Part shown: positions 24,789 through 31,961 of the stretch, piece after piece
Layout of the letters: each line of letters starts with the position of its first letter
Numbering within the stretch: the stretch's first letter is position 1
From: Nitrososphaera viennensis EN76
GTDB taxonomy: Archaea > Thermoproteota > Nitrososphaeria > Nitrososphaerales > Nitrososphaeraceae
Assembly (NCBI RefSeq): GCF_000698785.1
Contig: NZ_CP007536.1
Span: forward strand, 1,440,001 to 1,472,000
DNA length: 32,000 nucleotides
Direction of reading: 5' to 3'
Translations under genes and position numbers: made by a program
The notes under the pieces: generated by a model
Database searches by the model: none
Told to the model about the DNA's origin: nothing
What the model saw: the letters and a program-made list of their open reading frames with translations, nothing else

Positions 24789-26312
24789 CTACTGCTGTTT
24801 GCCCTTCTTCTTGACCCCGAATATCTTGTTGAAGTATTCCGGGTTTTCCTGCGCTATCTCGGCAGTCTCGCCTTCCTTGACGCTTGCAAGGTTCTTGGCA
24901 AGCTTTTTCTTGTATTCCAGCTGCATCTGCCTTGCGATCTGGATGCGCTGCGCCTGCGGCGAGCCGGCGCCGTGCATCGACTCTGTGAGGTATCCCACCG
25001 CGTTCCGGCCAAGCGTCATGTTTTCAATAAGGCGGAGCATCCTCACCCTGCTCTCGGTCGAGACGCCCTTGCGTCCTTTCAGGTACTTCTCAAGCAGGGG
25101 GCCAGTCTCGGGCCCGCGAAAGTCCTTTTCCGACGGGAGCGTCACCATGAGGCCGCCGGCGATGTCCTGTGCCAGCCTGCTTATCTCGTAGGGGAATTTC
25201 GTCACGTTGTGCTTGCAGACGTTGGCCAGCATGTCGTCGCACTGCCAGTTTCCAGACGCCGTCTGGTGGGCCATGTACGAAGATGCAATGCCTGCGCCGA
25301 ATATCGTCTCATTGAGGTGCGTCATCTCCACAAGCTTGTCCTTGATGTGCGAGGCGCTTGCGACCCCGTTATAGTCCGCGATTGCCGCCGCGGCGCCTAT
25401 CAGCACGTCGCCAAGGCCAGTCTTGCAGACATACGAGCGCCTGTGGTAGCAGGTAAAGCGCTCGACCAGCATTGCTGCATAGTCGTACTCGCCGTCCAGA
25501 AAGATGAGCTCGTTTGGAATGAACACGTTGTCGAATATTATCATGGCCTCCTGACCTCCGAACTTGCTGTTGCCGGCGTCAATGTCGCCTTCTTCCATCG
25601 ACCTTGTGTCGCACGACTGCCTGCCATAGATGTACGTGATGCCCGGGGCGTCGACCGGGACTGCGCCGACTATGGCATAGTCCTTGTCCTCCGCTTTCAG
25701 GCGCATGGTGGGCATGACGAGTATCCAGTGCGAGTTGATGCAGCCGGTCTGGTGCGCCTTGGCACCGGTGATGTAGACGCCCTTTTTGTCCCTCTTGACG
25801 ATGTGCACGAACATGTCCGGGTCGGGCTGCTGCGACGGCGAGAGGCTCCTGTCGCCCTTGACGTCCGTCATGGCGCCCCCGATGACATAGTTCTCGCGCT
25901 GGATCATCTTGATGAACTCCTTCAGGCGCGCGTGGTATGGCGTTTTGTACTTTTGGTCGACTTCGTAGGTAGTGGAATACAGTGAGTTAAGGGCGTCCAT
26001 GCCGACGCAGCGCTGGAAGCAGGTGCCCGTCAGCTGGCCAAGCCTCCTCTGCATCCTGTTCTGGTTCACAAGGTCCTCGGCGCTTTCCGCGATGTGGAGG
26101 AACCTGTTTACCTGCAGGCCGGATATCGACGACTTGGCTCCCGCCATCTCTGGCTCGGCGTTTGCAAGGTCGTACGTGGCGGCCACTGCGTTAATGGAGG
26201 GGCGGATCATGGGATGGTCCACCGGCTCCTTTACAAGCTGTCCAAAAAGATAGACTTTGAGTTTCCTTCCCCTGAGGCTCTCTACGTACTCAGCCCCGTT
26301 CTTTATCGGCAT
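24789..26312 (-). CDS. abfD: 4-hydroxybutyryl-CoA dehydratase / vinylacetyl-CoA isomerase
   Basis: 507 aa of the HpaB-like fold. Candidate [4Fe-4S] ligand contexts are TGTCFQRCVGMD and FTCYHRRSYVCKTG. Typical N-terminus MPIKNGAEYVESLRGR. Confidence 0.88.
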   Translation of the reverse strand: MPIKNGAEYVESLRGRKLKVYLFGQLVKEPVDHPMIRPSINAVAATYDLANAEPEMAGAKSSISGLQVNRFLHIAESAEDLVNQNRMQRRLGQLTGTCFQRCVGMDALNSLYSTTYEVDQKYKTPYHARLKEFIKMIQRENYVIGGAMTDVKGDRSLSPSQQPDPDMFVHIVKRDKKGVYITGAKAHQTGCINSHWILVMPTMRLKAEDKDYAIVGAVPVDAPGITYIYGRQSCDTRSMEEGDIDAGNSKFGGQEAMIIFDNVFIPNELIFLDGEYDYAAMLVERFTCYHRRSYVCKTGLGDVLIGAAAAIADYNGVASASHIKDKLVEMTHLNETIFGAGIASSYMAHQTASGNWQCDDMLANVCKHNVTKFPYEISRLAQDIAGGLMVTLPSEKDFRGPETGPLLEKYLKGRKGVSTESRVRMLRLIENMTLGRNAVGYLTESMHGAGSPQAQRIQIARQMQLEYKKKLAKNLASVKEGETAEIAQENPEYFNKIFGVKKKGKQQ

Positions 26313-26552
26313 ATAATGAGGTACTTTACGATGTTCTTATTTATATCTTCCAGCTTTCGCTCTACAAGAGAACAAGTTGTCTATTTCTGCAGTATTGCCG
26401 TGAGAAATTTGTACGGGCTAAGTATTACCCAGATAATGCATTTTAAGAAGTCATTTTGGTTTGCCTGCTCGGGTGATTCCTTGTTTCTGGATAAATTTCT
26501 CTTTGACCCATTATTGTTGATTCAGCAGACCCTTTCTGGATATACACACTCT

Positions 26553-26678
26553 TTATGTCCTGGATGAATCGAGAAAATCCTGCAAGAGCTCGCACACCAC
26601 AGCGGGTTTCTCGGCAAAAGGCGCGTGTCCAGCATCCTTTACTATTATGGCCAGCGAGTTTCTTATTCCCTCTTTGAA
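26553..26678 (-). pseudogene. out-of-frame C-terminal remainder of the alpha/beta hydrolase (carries the catalytic-His motif)
   Basis: The -1 frame relative to the upstream ORF reads FKEGIRNSLAIIVKDAGHAPFAEKPAVVCELLQDFLDSSRT*. This is the canonical alpha/beta-hydrolase C-terminus (DAGH.P..E.P). Confidence 0.65.
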
Positions 26679-27460
26679 AATTTGACAGTATTCTGGGGGA
26701 TCAGCTTGTCCTCGCTTCCCCAGATAATCAGCGTCGGGATGTTGTTTTGACCGATCAGCTTTAGCCTCTTGATTCCTATTTGCGTGCTTGTGCTGTTGTC
26801 GTAAGCCGACTTGAAGGCAAGTTGCGCATTTGGCTGTTGTATTCTGTAGATAAAGCCATCGACCAATATCTCGGGAATTCTAGTCGGGTTTGCCACCAGC
26901 TGCTCGAACACCTCCCTGACAGATTGTTTTGAAGGGTTCATTGCAGCGTCAAGGTACCTCCTAAGCAGAGGTGTTTGACCTTGCAGCATTCCCGAGGAGT
27001 CCACCAAGACCAGTTTGTCAACGAGGCCTCTTTGCTCTATTGCAAGTTGCGCCGCTACGTAGCCTCCTAATGAATGGCCTACAATGCTGGTTTTCCCGTC
27101 ATCTATGCCAATTTTGTGCATGAATTCTGCCACGGCCTGCGCGAAATTCTCGATGGTGTAATAATTCATGTCTGGGGGCTTGTCGCTGCCTCCGAATCCG
27201 GGCAGGTCTATGGCAACTGCATGAAAACCAAAGAGCGACATTGCATCAGGAATATCAAGCCATCTATCTGCCGATGACCCGAGACCGTGAATGAACAGCA
27301 CGTGCCGAGGAGGTTGATGACGATGTTGCTGTTGTTTTCCGCTTTTGGGTCTCCCAATAGAAGAAGTAGAAACAGGAAATAGTGCATCATCATCCCTCCT
27401 GATGCTTGCCTCAAGGTACCTCACTCGTACTTGGCCTATGCTCGCATAGGATTCCTTCAT
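26663..27460 (-). CDS. alpha/beta-fold hydrolase, truncated by a frameshift before the catalytic His
   Basis: HVLFIHGLGSS, nucleophile elbow GHSLGG, LVLVDSSG, IIWGSEDKLIP. The ORF then stops 10 codons later at 26663. An unusual Q/H/P-rich insert (KQQQHRHQPPRH) precedes the first strand. Confidence 0.8.
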   Translation of the reverse strand: MKESYASIGQVRVRYLEASIRRDDDALFPVSTSSIGRPKSGKQQQHRHQPPRHVLFIHGLGSSADRWLDIPDAMSLFGFHAVAIDLPGFGGSDKPPDMNYYTIENFAQAVAEFMHKIGIDDGKTSIVGHSLGGYVAAQLAIEQRGLVDKLVLVDSSGMLQGQTPLLRRYLDAAMNPSKQSVREVFEQLVANPTRIPEILVDGFIYRIQQPNAQLAFKSAYDNSTSTQIGIKRLKLIGQNNIPTLIIWGSEDKLIPQNTVKFSKRE

Positions 27461-27586
27461 CTTTATGACGTCTGCTTCCAGAAGGCATGTTTACGTTTAT
27501 CTCTTTTTTCCACAAGACGAATATGGCCACGAATTTTCATTAGAGAAAGAGAATTTGGCAAAACGCCCGATTTTTTAACAGTACCA

Positions 27587-28084
27587 CTATTGTATGTAGG
27601 ACTGGCTTGCCCTGTCGAATTTCTTGACCAGCTGGAACTCCCGGCCAAACTGCGTCTGCATCATGTTGCGCAGCTGCGGGAACAGCGATGATGGGTCTTC
27701 CTTGGCCATTTTGGTCGAGCCGTGATCCTCTCCGAGCATCGTCTTGCAGAGGTTGTAGGTCATCTGGCGCACCGTGTTTTCGTCGATGATGCCAAGGCTG
27801 TGCAGGTATTCGTGCGCCAGAACCATGAACACGTACGCGTTGTATTCTGCTTCCGAGCCGGACAGCCTGCGGATTGCGGCAAGCACGTGGCTGTTCATCA
27901 CTATTACGTTTGAGCCCAAGATATGGTAGGCGCCAAGGTTTGTCGGCATGACCTGCAGTATCAGGCTCAGGCCGGCGCGGTGCATCTTGAATTTTTCATA
28001 GACGGCGCTCTTGACCAGCTCAAAGGCTTCATCAAAGTCCTTCAAGCCTGCTACTCTGGCCCGGAACTCTGCCTGCGATTGCAC
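27587..28084 (-). CDS. HExxH motif protein (putative zinc metallopeptidase), unknown family
   Basis: VLAHEYLHSLG. The track ORF (to 28156) uses a TTG inside the IS terminal repeat, which cannot be ancestral. The GTG at 28084 lies about 31 nt from a TATA-like tttata (28113-28118, minus sense). The start is uncertain. Confidence 0.5.
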   Translation of the reverse strand: MQSQAEFRARVAGLKDFDEAFELVKSAVYEKFKMHRAGLSLILQVMPTNLGAYHILGSNVIVMNSHVLAAIRRLSGSEAEYNAYVFMVLAHEYLHSLGIIDENTVRQMTYNLCKTMLGEDHGSTKMAKEDPSSLFPQLRNMMQTQFGREFQLVKKFDRASQSYIQ

Positions 28085-28138
28085 TCTAGTAATAATTGTG
28101 CACAATCGACCGTATAAAGCCGGCAGTAAGCCGGAGCT

Positions 28139-28144
28139 TACTTC
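28139..28144. repeat. left copy of 6-bp flanking direct repeat TACTTC (target-site duplication)
   Basis: It immediately abuts the left terminal inverted repeat and is identical to 29481-29486. Confidence 0.75.
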
Positions 28145-28188
28145 GGGTTCTGTCAAGTCTCAGGTTGATGAGCAACCCTGTCAACTTT
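28145..28188. repeat. left terminal inverted repeat (44 bp)
   Basis: gggttctgtcaagtctcaggttgatgagcaaccctgtcaacttt. It contains two direct CTGTCAA copies (28150-28156, 28178-28184). Confidence 0.9.
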
Positions 28189-29336
28189 CGATAGTTGTTG
28201 ACAGAAACTTAACTTGCTTGCATCGACTTTCAGAATTGCCGGCTCCTTGCTGCTGGGTTTCTGTACCATTGCTTCATCTGCAAGCCCTTTTGAACGCTGG
28301 AACGCGTCAGCGCCCTTCTTTGCTATGTTCATCGCAGCTACAACGTCACGGTCCATCCACTTATTGCATTCTTGGCACCATAATTGCCGTCTGTGGACGA
28401 AATCGTGATGCTCTGCCCCTTGGAGTCTCTTTCCGCATCGAGGACAGAGCTGCGACGTTCCTCTCGTCTGACCTTTCGTTAGTGTTATTACTTTAACGCC
28501 TGCCCAAGCCGCCTTGTACTCTACTTGCCTCTTCAGCTCGTGGAACGGCCAAGAGTTCATCTTTCCTCGATGGTCGCGGCCTTGGTAATTCCAACGCTGG
28601 TATAGGCGGCGAATGAAGGTTATATCCTCAAAAACTATTGCCGCTTTCTGTTCTTTTGCCCGCTGTACAATTGCTTTTGATACATTGTGCAATAGCTGGT
28701 TAACGCGGTTTTTCCTGCGCAGGCCATACTTGCCTGCTATGTTTTTCCTTATCCTCGCATTGTTGCGCTTGAAGGAGCGGATTGCAGAGCGCGTGTTTTC
28801 TGCTACCTGTACGGCTTTCGATGCATCAAAGGTGATTATCTTTTCCTCGTTGCCATATGTGACGTTTGCAAGGTTCCTGTCAACCCCTGCTATCGCGATG
28901 CATTCAATCTCTGCCACTTCTTTAGAGTAGCAGATGCTCTCACCGTGTTGTTGGCGGCAAGAGTGAAAGAACGTACTATCACGGCGGGATCGGACAGGAT
29001 GTTATTGATGTAGGCATTGAGTAGGATGCCAAAGTACTGTCGATCACCAAGAGGAACCTTCAAAGCGCCTTTTTCGACCTTGAAACCGTAGGATGAGATT
29101 AGAATTGCCTTCTTTAGATATGGTGTTTTTGTAGGAAAACCGCGCTTTAGCGATTGCTTTCTGTTTGCAATTATGCCGGCTGCCTTTGAAATCGCGTGCA
29201 GCTTGTAGTAAGAAATGATGTCATACTTGGCAAGAGCAGGATAGCAGAGCACCGATAGCCTCTTTAGAGTCGAAGCATCATTTTGCGGGCCGATTCTAAT
29301 GCAGTCATTAACCATTTTTCTGAATGTTTCCATCAT
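28153..29336 (-). pseudogene. tnpB: TnpB-like RNA-guided-nuclease/OrfB gene, split into two ORFs (28890..29336 and 28153..28917)
   Basis: The C-terminal ORF has RuvC-I AGVDRN, RuvC-II IVFEDI, zinc finger CPRCG...CQEC and RuvC-III RDVVAAMNIA. The N-terminal ORF ends ...FTLAANNTV, then the frame breaks at gtgAGAGc (28937-28941). Removing one AG gives ...NNTVSICYSKEVAEIECIAIAGVDRN.... Confidence 0.8.
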
Positions 29337-29436
29337 TGGAAATAACTGCTCGGTCTAGCAGGTCTTCTGCTCCACGCTCTTTACTGCCAACAACGATAAT
29401 CCGTTAACAAGTTGATATATAAGATTTGATCAGCCA

Positions 29437-29480
29437 AAAGTTGACAGGGTTGCTCATCAACCTGAGACTTGACAGAACCC
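29437..29480. repeat. right terminal inverted repeat (44 bp)
   Basis: aaagttgacagggttgctcatcaacctgagacttgacagaaccc is the exact reverse complement of 28145-28188. Confidence 0.9.
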
Positions 29481-29486
29481 TACTTC
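29481..29486. repeat. right copy of 6-bp flanking direct repeat TACTTC
   Basis: It immediately abuts the right TIR and is identical to 28139-28144. Confidence 0.75.
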
Positions 29487-29492
29487 GCAATC

Positions 29493-29500
29493 TTTTTTAC
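29493..29500 (+). promoter_or_regulatory. TATA-like box of apt
   Basis: ttttttac is centred about 26-29 nt upstream of the GTG codons at 29523 and 29526. It begins only 7 bp beyond the right TSD copy (13 bp beyond the end of the IS). Confidence 0.35.
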
Positions 29501-29522
29501 TGCCACCCCATGCGTAGTGTCC

Positions 29523-30056
29523 GTGGTGGCCAAGCTAAACCTCGACAGGATAATCGGCAAGCATCAGGACTTTCCAAAACCAGGCATACTTTTCCGCGAC
29601 ATCAATCCTGTTTTTCGGAACCCCGACGCCCTCAAGTTCATTGCAAGCGAGTTTTCCCGCAAGTTTTCAAAGACGAGGTACGACGCTACTGCCGGCATCG
29701 AATCCAGGGGCTTTGTCGTCGCGACGGCGGTTGGCATGAAGGCGGGCAAGGGCGTGATAATGATAAGAAAGGTAGGCAAGCTTCCCGGCCCCACCATCAA
29801 GAAATCGTACGACATTGAATATGGCAACGCCACGATGGAGCTGCAGACAGACGCGGTGAAAAAGGGTCAAAGGGTCTTGATAGTCGACGACCTGATTGCG
29901 ACCGGCGGCACTGCCGTCGCGGCTGCGCAGCTGGTGGAAGAACTTGGAGGCAAGGTCGCGGGCTTTGGTTTTGTAATAGAGCTGGCAGGATTAAAGGGCG
30001 CCGACAGGCTGCGCCAGATGGGCTACAGGGTAGAGTCTCTGGTGGTGTACGACTAG
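29523..30056 (+). CDS. apt: adenine phosphoribosyltransferase
   Basis: DFPKPGILFRDINPVF, GIESRGF, PRPP motif VLIVDDLIATGGT. The track ORF start (TTG at 29469) lies inside the IS TIR. A GTG at 29523 or 29526 fits APRT length and the TATA spacing. Confidence 0.85.
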   Translation: MVAKLNLDRIIGKHQDFPKPGILFRDINPVFRNPDALKFIASEFSRKFSKTRYDATAGIESRGFVVATAVGMKAGKGVIMIRKVGKLPGPTIKKSYDIEYGNATMELQTDAVKKGQRVLIVDDLIATGGTAVAAAQLVEELGGKVAGFGFVIELAGLKGADRLRQMGYRVESLVVYD

Positions 30057-30851
30057 ATGGAAAAGGCAGACATTGGCATCATCGGGGGCACGGGCGTCTA
30101 TGATTCAGGACTTTTCAGCGACAAAAAAGAGGTCAAGGTGCACACGCCGTACGGCGAGCCCTCCGACCTCATCACGATAGGCGAGTACGCGGGCAGGAAG
30201 GTTGCGTTCCTGCCAAGGCACGGCAGGGGCCACAGGATACCTCCCCACAGGATCAATTTCCGGGCCAACATCTGGGCGCTAAAGCAACTTGGCGTCAAGC
30301 GCATAATCGCGCCTTCGGCGGTCGGGAGCCTCGGCTTTGACTACAAGCCCGGCCACGTCGCGCTTCCCGACCAGTTCATCGACTTTACCAAGAAAAGAGA
30401 ATACACGTTTTACGACGGCGGGCAGGTGGCGCATGTCTCGATGGCAGACCCGTTCTGCCCCGAGATCCGCGACGTCGCGGCAAAAGTAATCGAGAAACTG
30501 AAATTCCCGTTCCAGCCAAGGGCGACGTACGTCTGCATCGAAGGCCCGCGCTTTTCAACCCGGGCAGAATCAAAATTTTTCCGCGACGTCATGAAGGCCG
30601 ACATCATCGGCATGACGCTCGTGCCAGAAGTCACACTTGCGCGCGAGGCCGAAATTTGCTATCTCTCGGTGGCGACCGTCACCGACTATGACGTCTGGGC
30701 AGAGATACCTGTTACATCAAAAGAGATCATCGAGACGCTCCACAAGAACGTGGAAAAGACGAAAAAGCTCGTTGCAGAGCTGATACCGGCCGTGCCGATG
30801 GAACGCGCGAAATGCGCCTGCGGAAACGCGCTCGAAGGCTCGCTACTCTGA
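30057..30851 (+). CDS. mtnP: S-methyl-5'-thioadenosine phosphorylase
   Basis: [56 protein letters not shown]. The ATG directly follows the apt stop codon. Confidence 0.9.
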   Translation: MEKADIGIIGGTGVYDSGLFSDKKEVKVHTPYGEPSDLITIGEYAGRKVAFLPRHGRGHRIPPHRINFRANIWALKQLGVKRIIAPSAVGSLGFDYKPGHVALPDQFIDFTKKREYTFYDGGQVAHVSMADPFCPEIRDVAAKVIEKLKFPFQPRATYVCIEGPRFSTRAESKFFRDVMKADIIGMTLVPEVTLAREAEICYLSVATVTDYDVWAEIPVTSKEIIETLHKNVEKTKKLVAELIPAVPMERAKCACGNALEGSLL

Positions 30852-31154
30852 TGATGACGGCGGCTTGATCCCTTCCGGGAGGACGACGTCGCCTTCCACT
30901 ATCTTGCGCTGGATGGTGTCCACCAGCGCGTCCGGGTCGATGCCCATCTTGGCCACCTTGTCAAGCGTCGTCTTTGCTATCTTGACGCTTGCGTTGTGGC
31001 CGCCTATCCTTCCAAAGGCGATGGCGGTGAACCGGAACTCTTTTCCCTTTACTACAAAATAGCCTGACAGTTTTGCGGCAATTTCGCTCCCGTCAGCGTT
31101 CTTGACAAACACGGTCACTGGAGGAACATCATTATCGCCGCTGGCGCGCTCCAT
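30843..31154 (-). CDS. hypothetical protein (103 aa)
   Basis: The internal ATG at 31154 ([42 protein letters not shown]...) gives a sensible protein. The upstream part of the 174-aa track ORF is Arg/Gly/Gln-rich and overlaps the neighbouring gene. Confidence 0.5.
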   Translation of the reverse strand: MERASGDNDVPPVTVFVKNADGSEIAAKLSGYFVVKGKEFRFTAIAFGRIGGHNASVKIAKTTLDKVAKMGIDPDALVDTIQRKIVEGDVVLPEGIKPPSSSE

Positions 31155-31159
31155 TTTAC

Positions 31160-31582
31160 TTACTTGCCCTCTACTTCCACATTGCGGTTTACGTTGTTCT
31201 TGACCAGAAAGCTCCACCAGTCGGGGTCGGCTATGGCATAGTCCTTGACGTCGATTTCTACCGGCTTGTCGTCGGCGTCCTCGAACCTGAACCGGCCCTC
31301 TTTTACCAGCTTGACAAGGCGCCAGCGCAGGTGCCCCTTCCGCTTCCTGCTCACAGCGACTGCCCACTCTTCTTCCTGCTTTTTCTTGGGCATGCCAATG
31401 TAGTCGACGATTTCAAGGATGCCGAGGCGCTTTTCCTCGCAGAACATCTCCTTTGTCAAGAGGCTGCGCCAGATGTCCACCGATCCGAGCGTCCTCCCGT
31501 TCTCATTGATGTTTATCACTCCAAAGTAGACTACCTTGTCGCCTCCCGTCGGATCCGAAGTCGCCATATCTTCTTTTGCCAT
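31160..31582 (-). CDS. hypothetical protein (140 aa)
   Basis: The internal ATG at 31582 (MAKEDMATSDPTGGDKVVYFGVININENGRTLG...) gives a sensible protein. The 195-aa track ORF extension overlaps the upstream HTH gene out of frame. Confidence 0.5.
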   Translation of the reverse strand: MAKEDMATSDPTGGDKVVYFGVININENGRTLGSVDIWRSLLTKEMFCEEKRLGILEIVDYIGMPKKKQEEEWAVAVSRKRKGHLRWRLVKLVKEGRFRFEDADDKPVEIDVKDYAIADPDWWSFLVKNNVNRNVEVEGK

Positions 31583-31601
31583 ACAGAGAGCCGGCTGACG
31601 C

Positions 31602-31961
31602 CTATTTAGTCCTTGCATCCTCAAACGGCTTTTCAAGCACGATCCCGATGTTGTCAACCCGCAGGTTCTTCTTGAACGGGATGCTGTCCTCGGCGCAGCG
31701 GCGCCTGTAGCGGTTGGTGACTGCAAAGCGGGGGTGCAGCGACTCAAATTCTGTGGCAGTTATCTCGATCACCATCCCGCGGCCGACGAGGGATTTTGCA
31801 ACCTCCAGCGCCTGCTTCTCGCTAATGCCCACTGCCTTTGATATCCGGGCAGCATCCATCTTGCCAGTCTTTACGATGGCGACGTACGCTCTAGCTTCTT
31901 CCGGGCTTATCTTTAGCTCCTCTATTATGGCCTGCTCGACGTTAGAGAGGTTGACTGCCAT
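31602..31961 (-). CDS. TrmB-like HTH transcriptional regulator (short form)
   Basis: LKISPEEARAYVAIVKTGKMDAARISKAVGISEKQALEVAKSLVGRGMV matches the TrmB N-terminal wHTH pattern. Confidence 0.6.
   Translation of the reverse strand: MAVNLSNVEQAIIEELKISPEEARAYVAIVKTGKMDAARISKAVGISEKQALEVAKSLVGRGMVIEITATEFESLHPRFAVTNRYRRRCAEDSIPFKKNLRVDNIGIVLEKPFEDARTK

Larger units (their letters stand above)
28145..29480 (-). mobile_element. 1,336-bp insertion element carrying only a TnpB (IS200/IS605 OrfB)-like gene, bounded by 44-bp TIRs and a 6-bp TSD
   Basis: 28145-28188 is the exact reverse complement of 29437-29480, verified base by base. TACTTC flanks both ends. The interior encodes one TnpB-like gene and no second ORF. 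Confidence 0.85.

Noticed and set aside
24972-25985. 337-aa + ORF antisense to the 4HBD gene. The same pattern applies to 21886..22701, 22112..22576, 1201..1896, 12896..13648, 4169..4888, 3371..3946 and 2391..2816.
   Set aside because: All lie fully inside, and antisense or out of frame to, genes with strong family signatures. Their translations are Arg/Ala/Pro/His-rich low-complexity sequence, typical of shadow ORFs in GC-richer coding DNA.
26677-26683. Programmed -1 ribosomal frameshift at aaatttt in the hydrolase gene.
   Set aside because: The zero-frame codons (gtc aaa ttt tca) do not fit the X_XXY_YYZ slippery pattern. No downstream stimulatory structure was seen. A simple homopolymer indel is the more economical explanation.
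29426-29818. 130-aa + ORF starting in the IS right end and overlapping apt.
   Set aside because: It is out of frame with the clearly recognisable APRT. The translation is Arg-rich and low-complexity, and the start lies inside the element.
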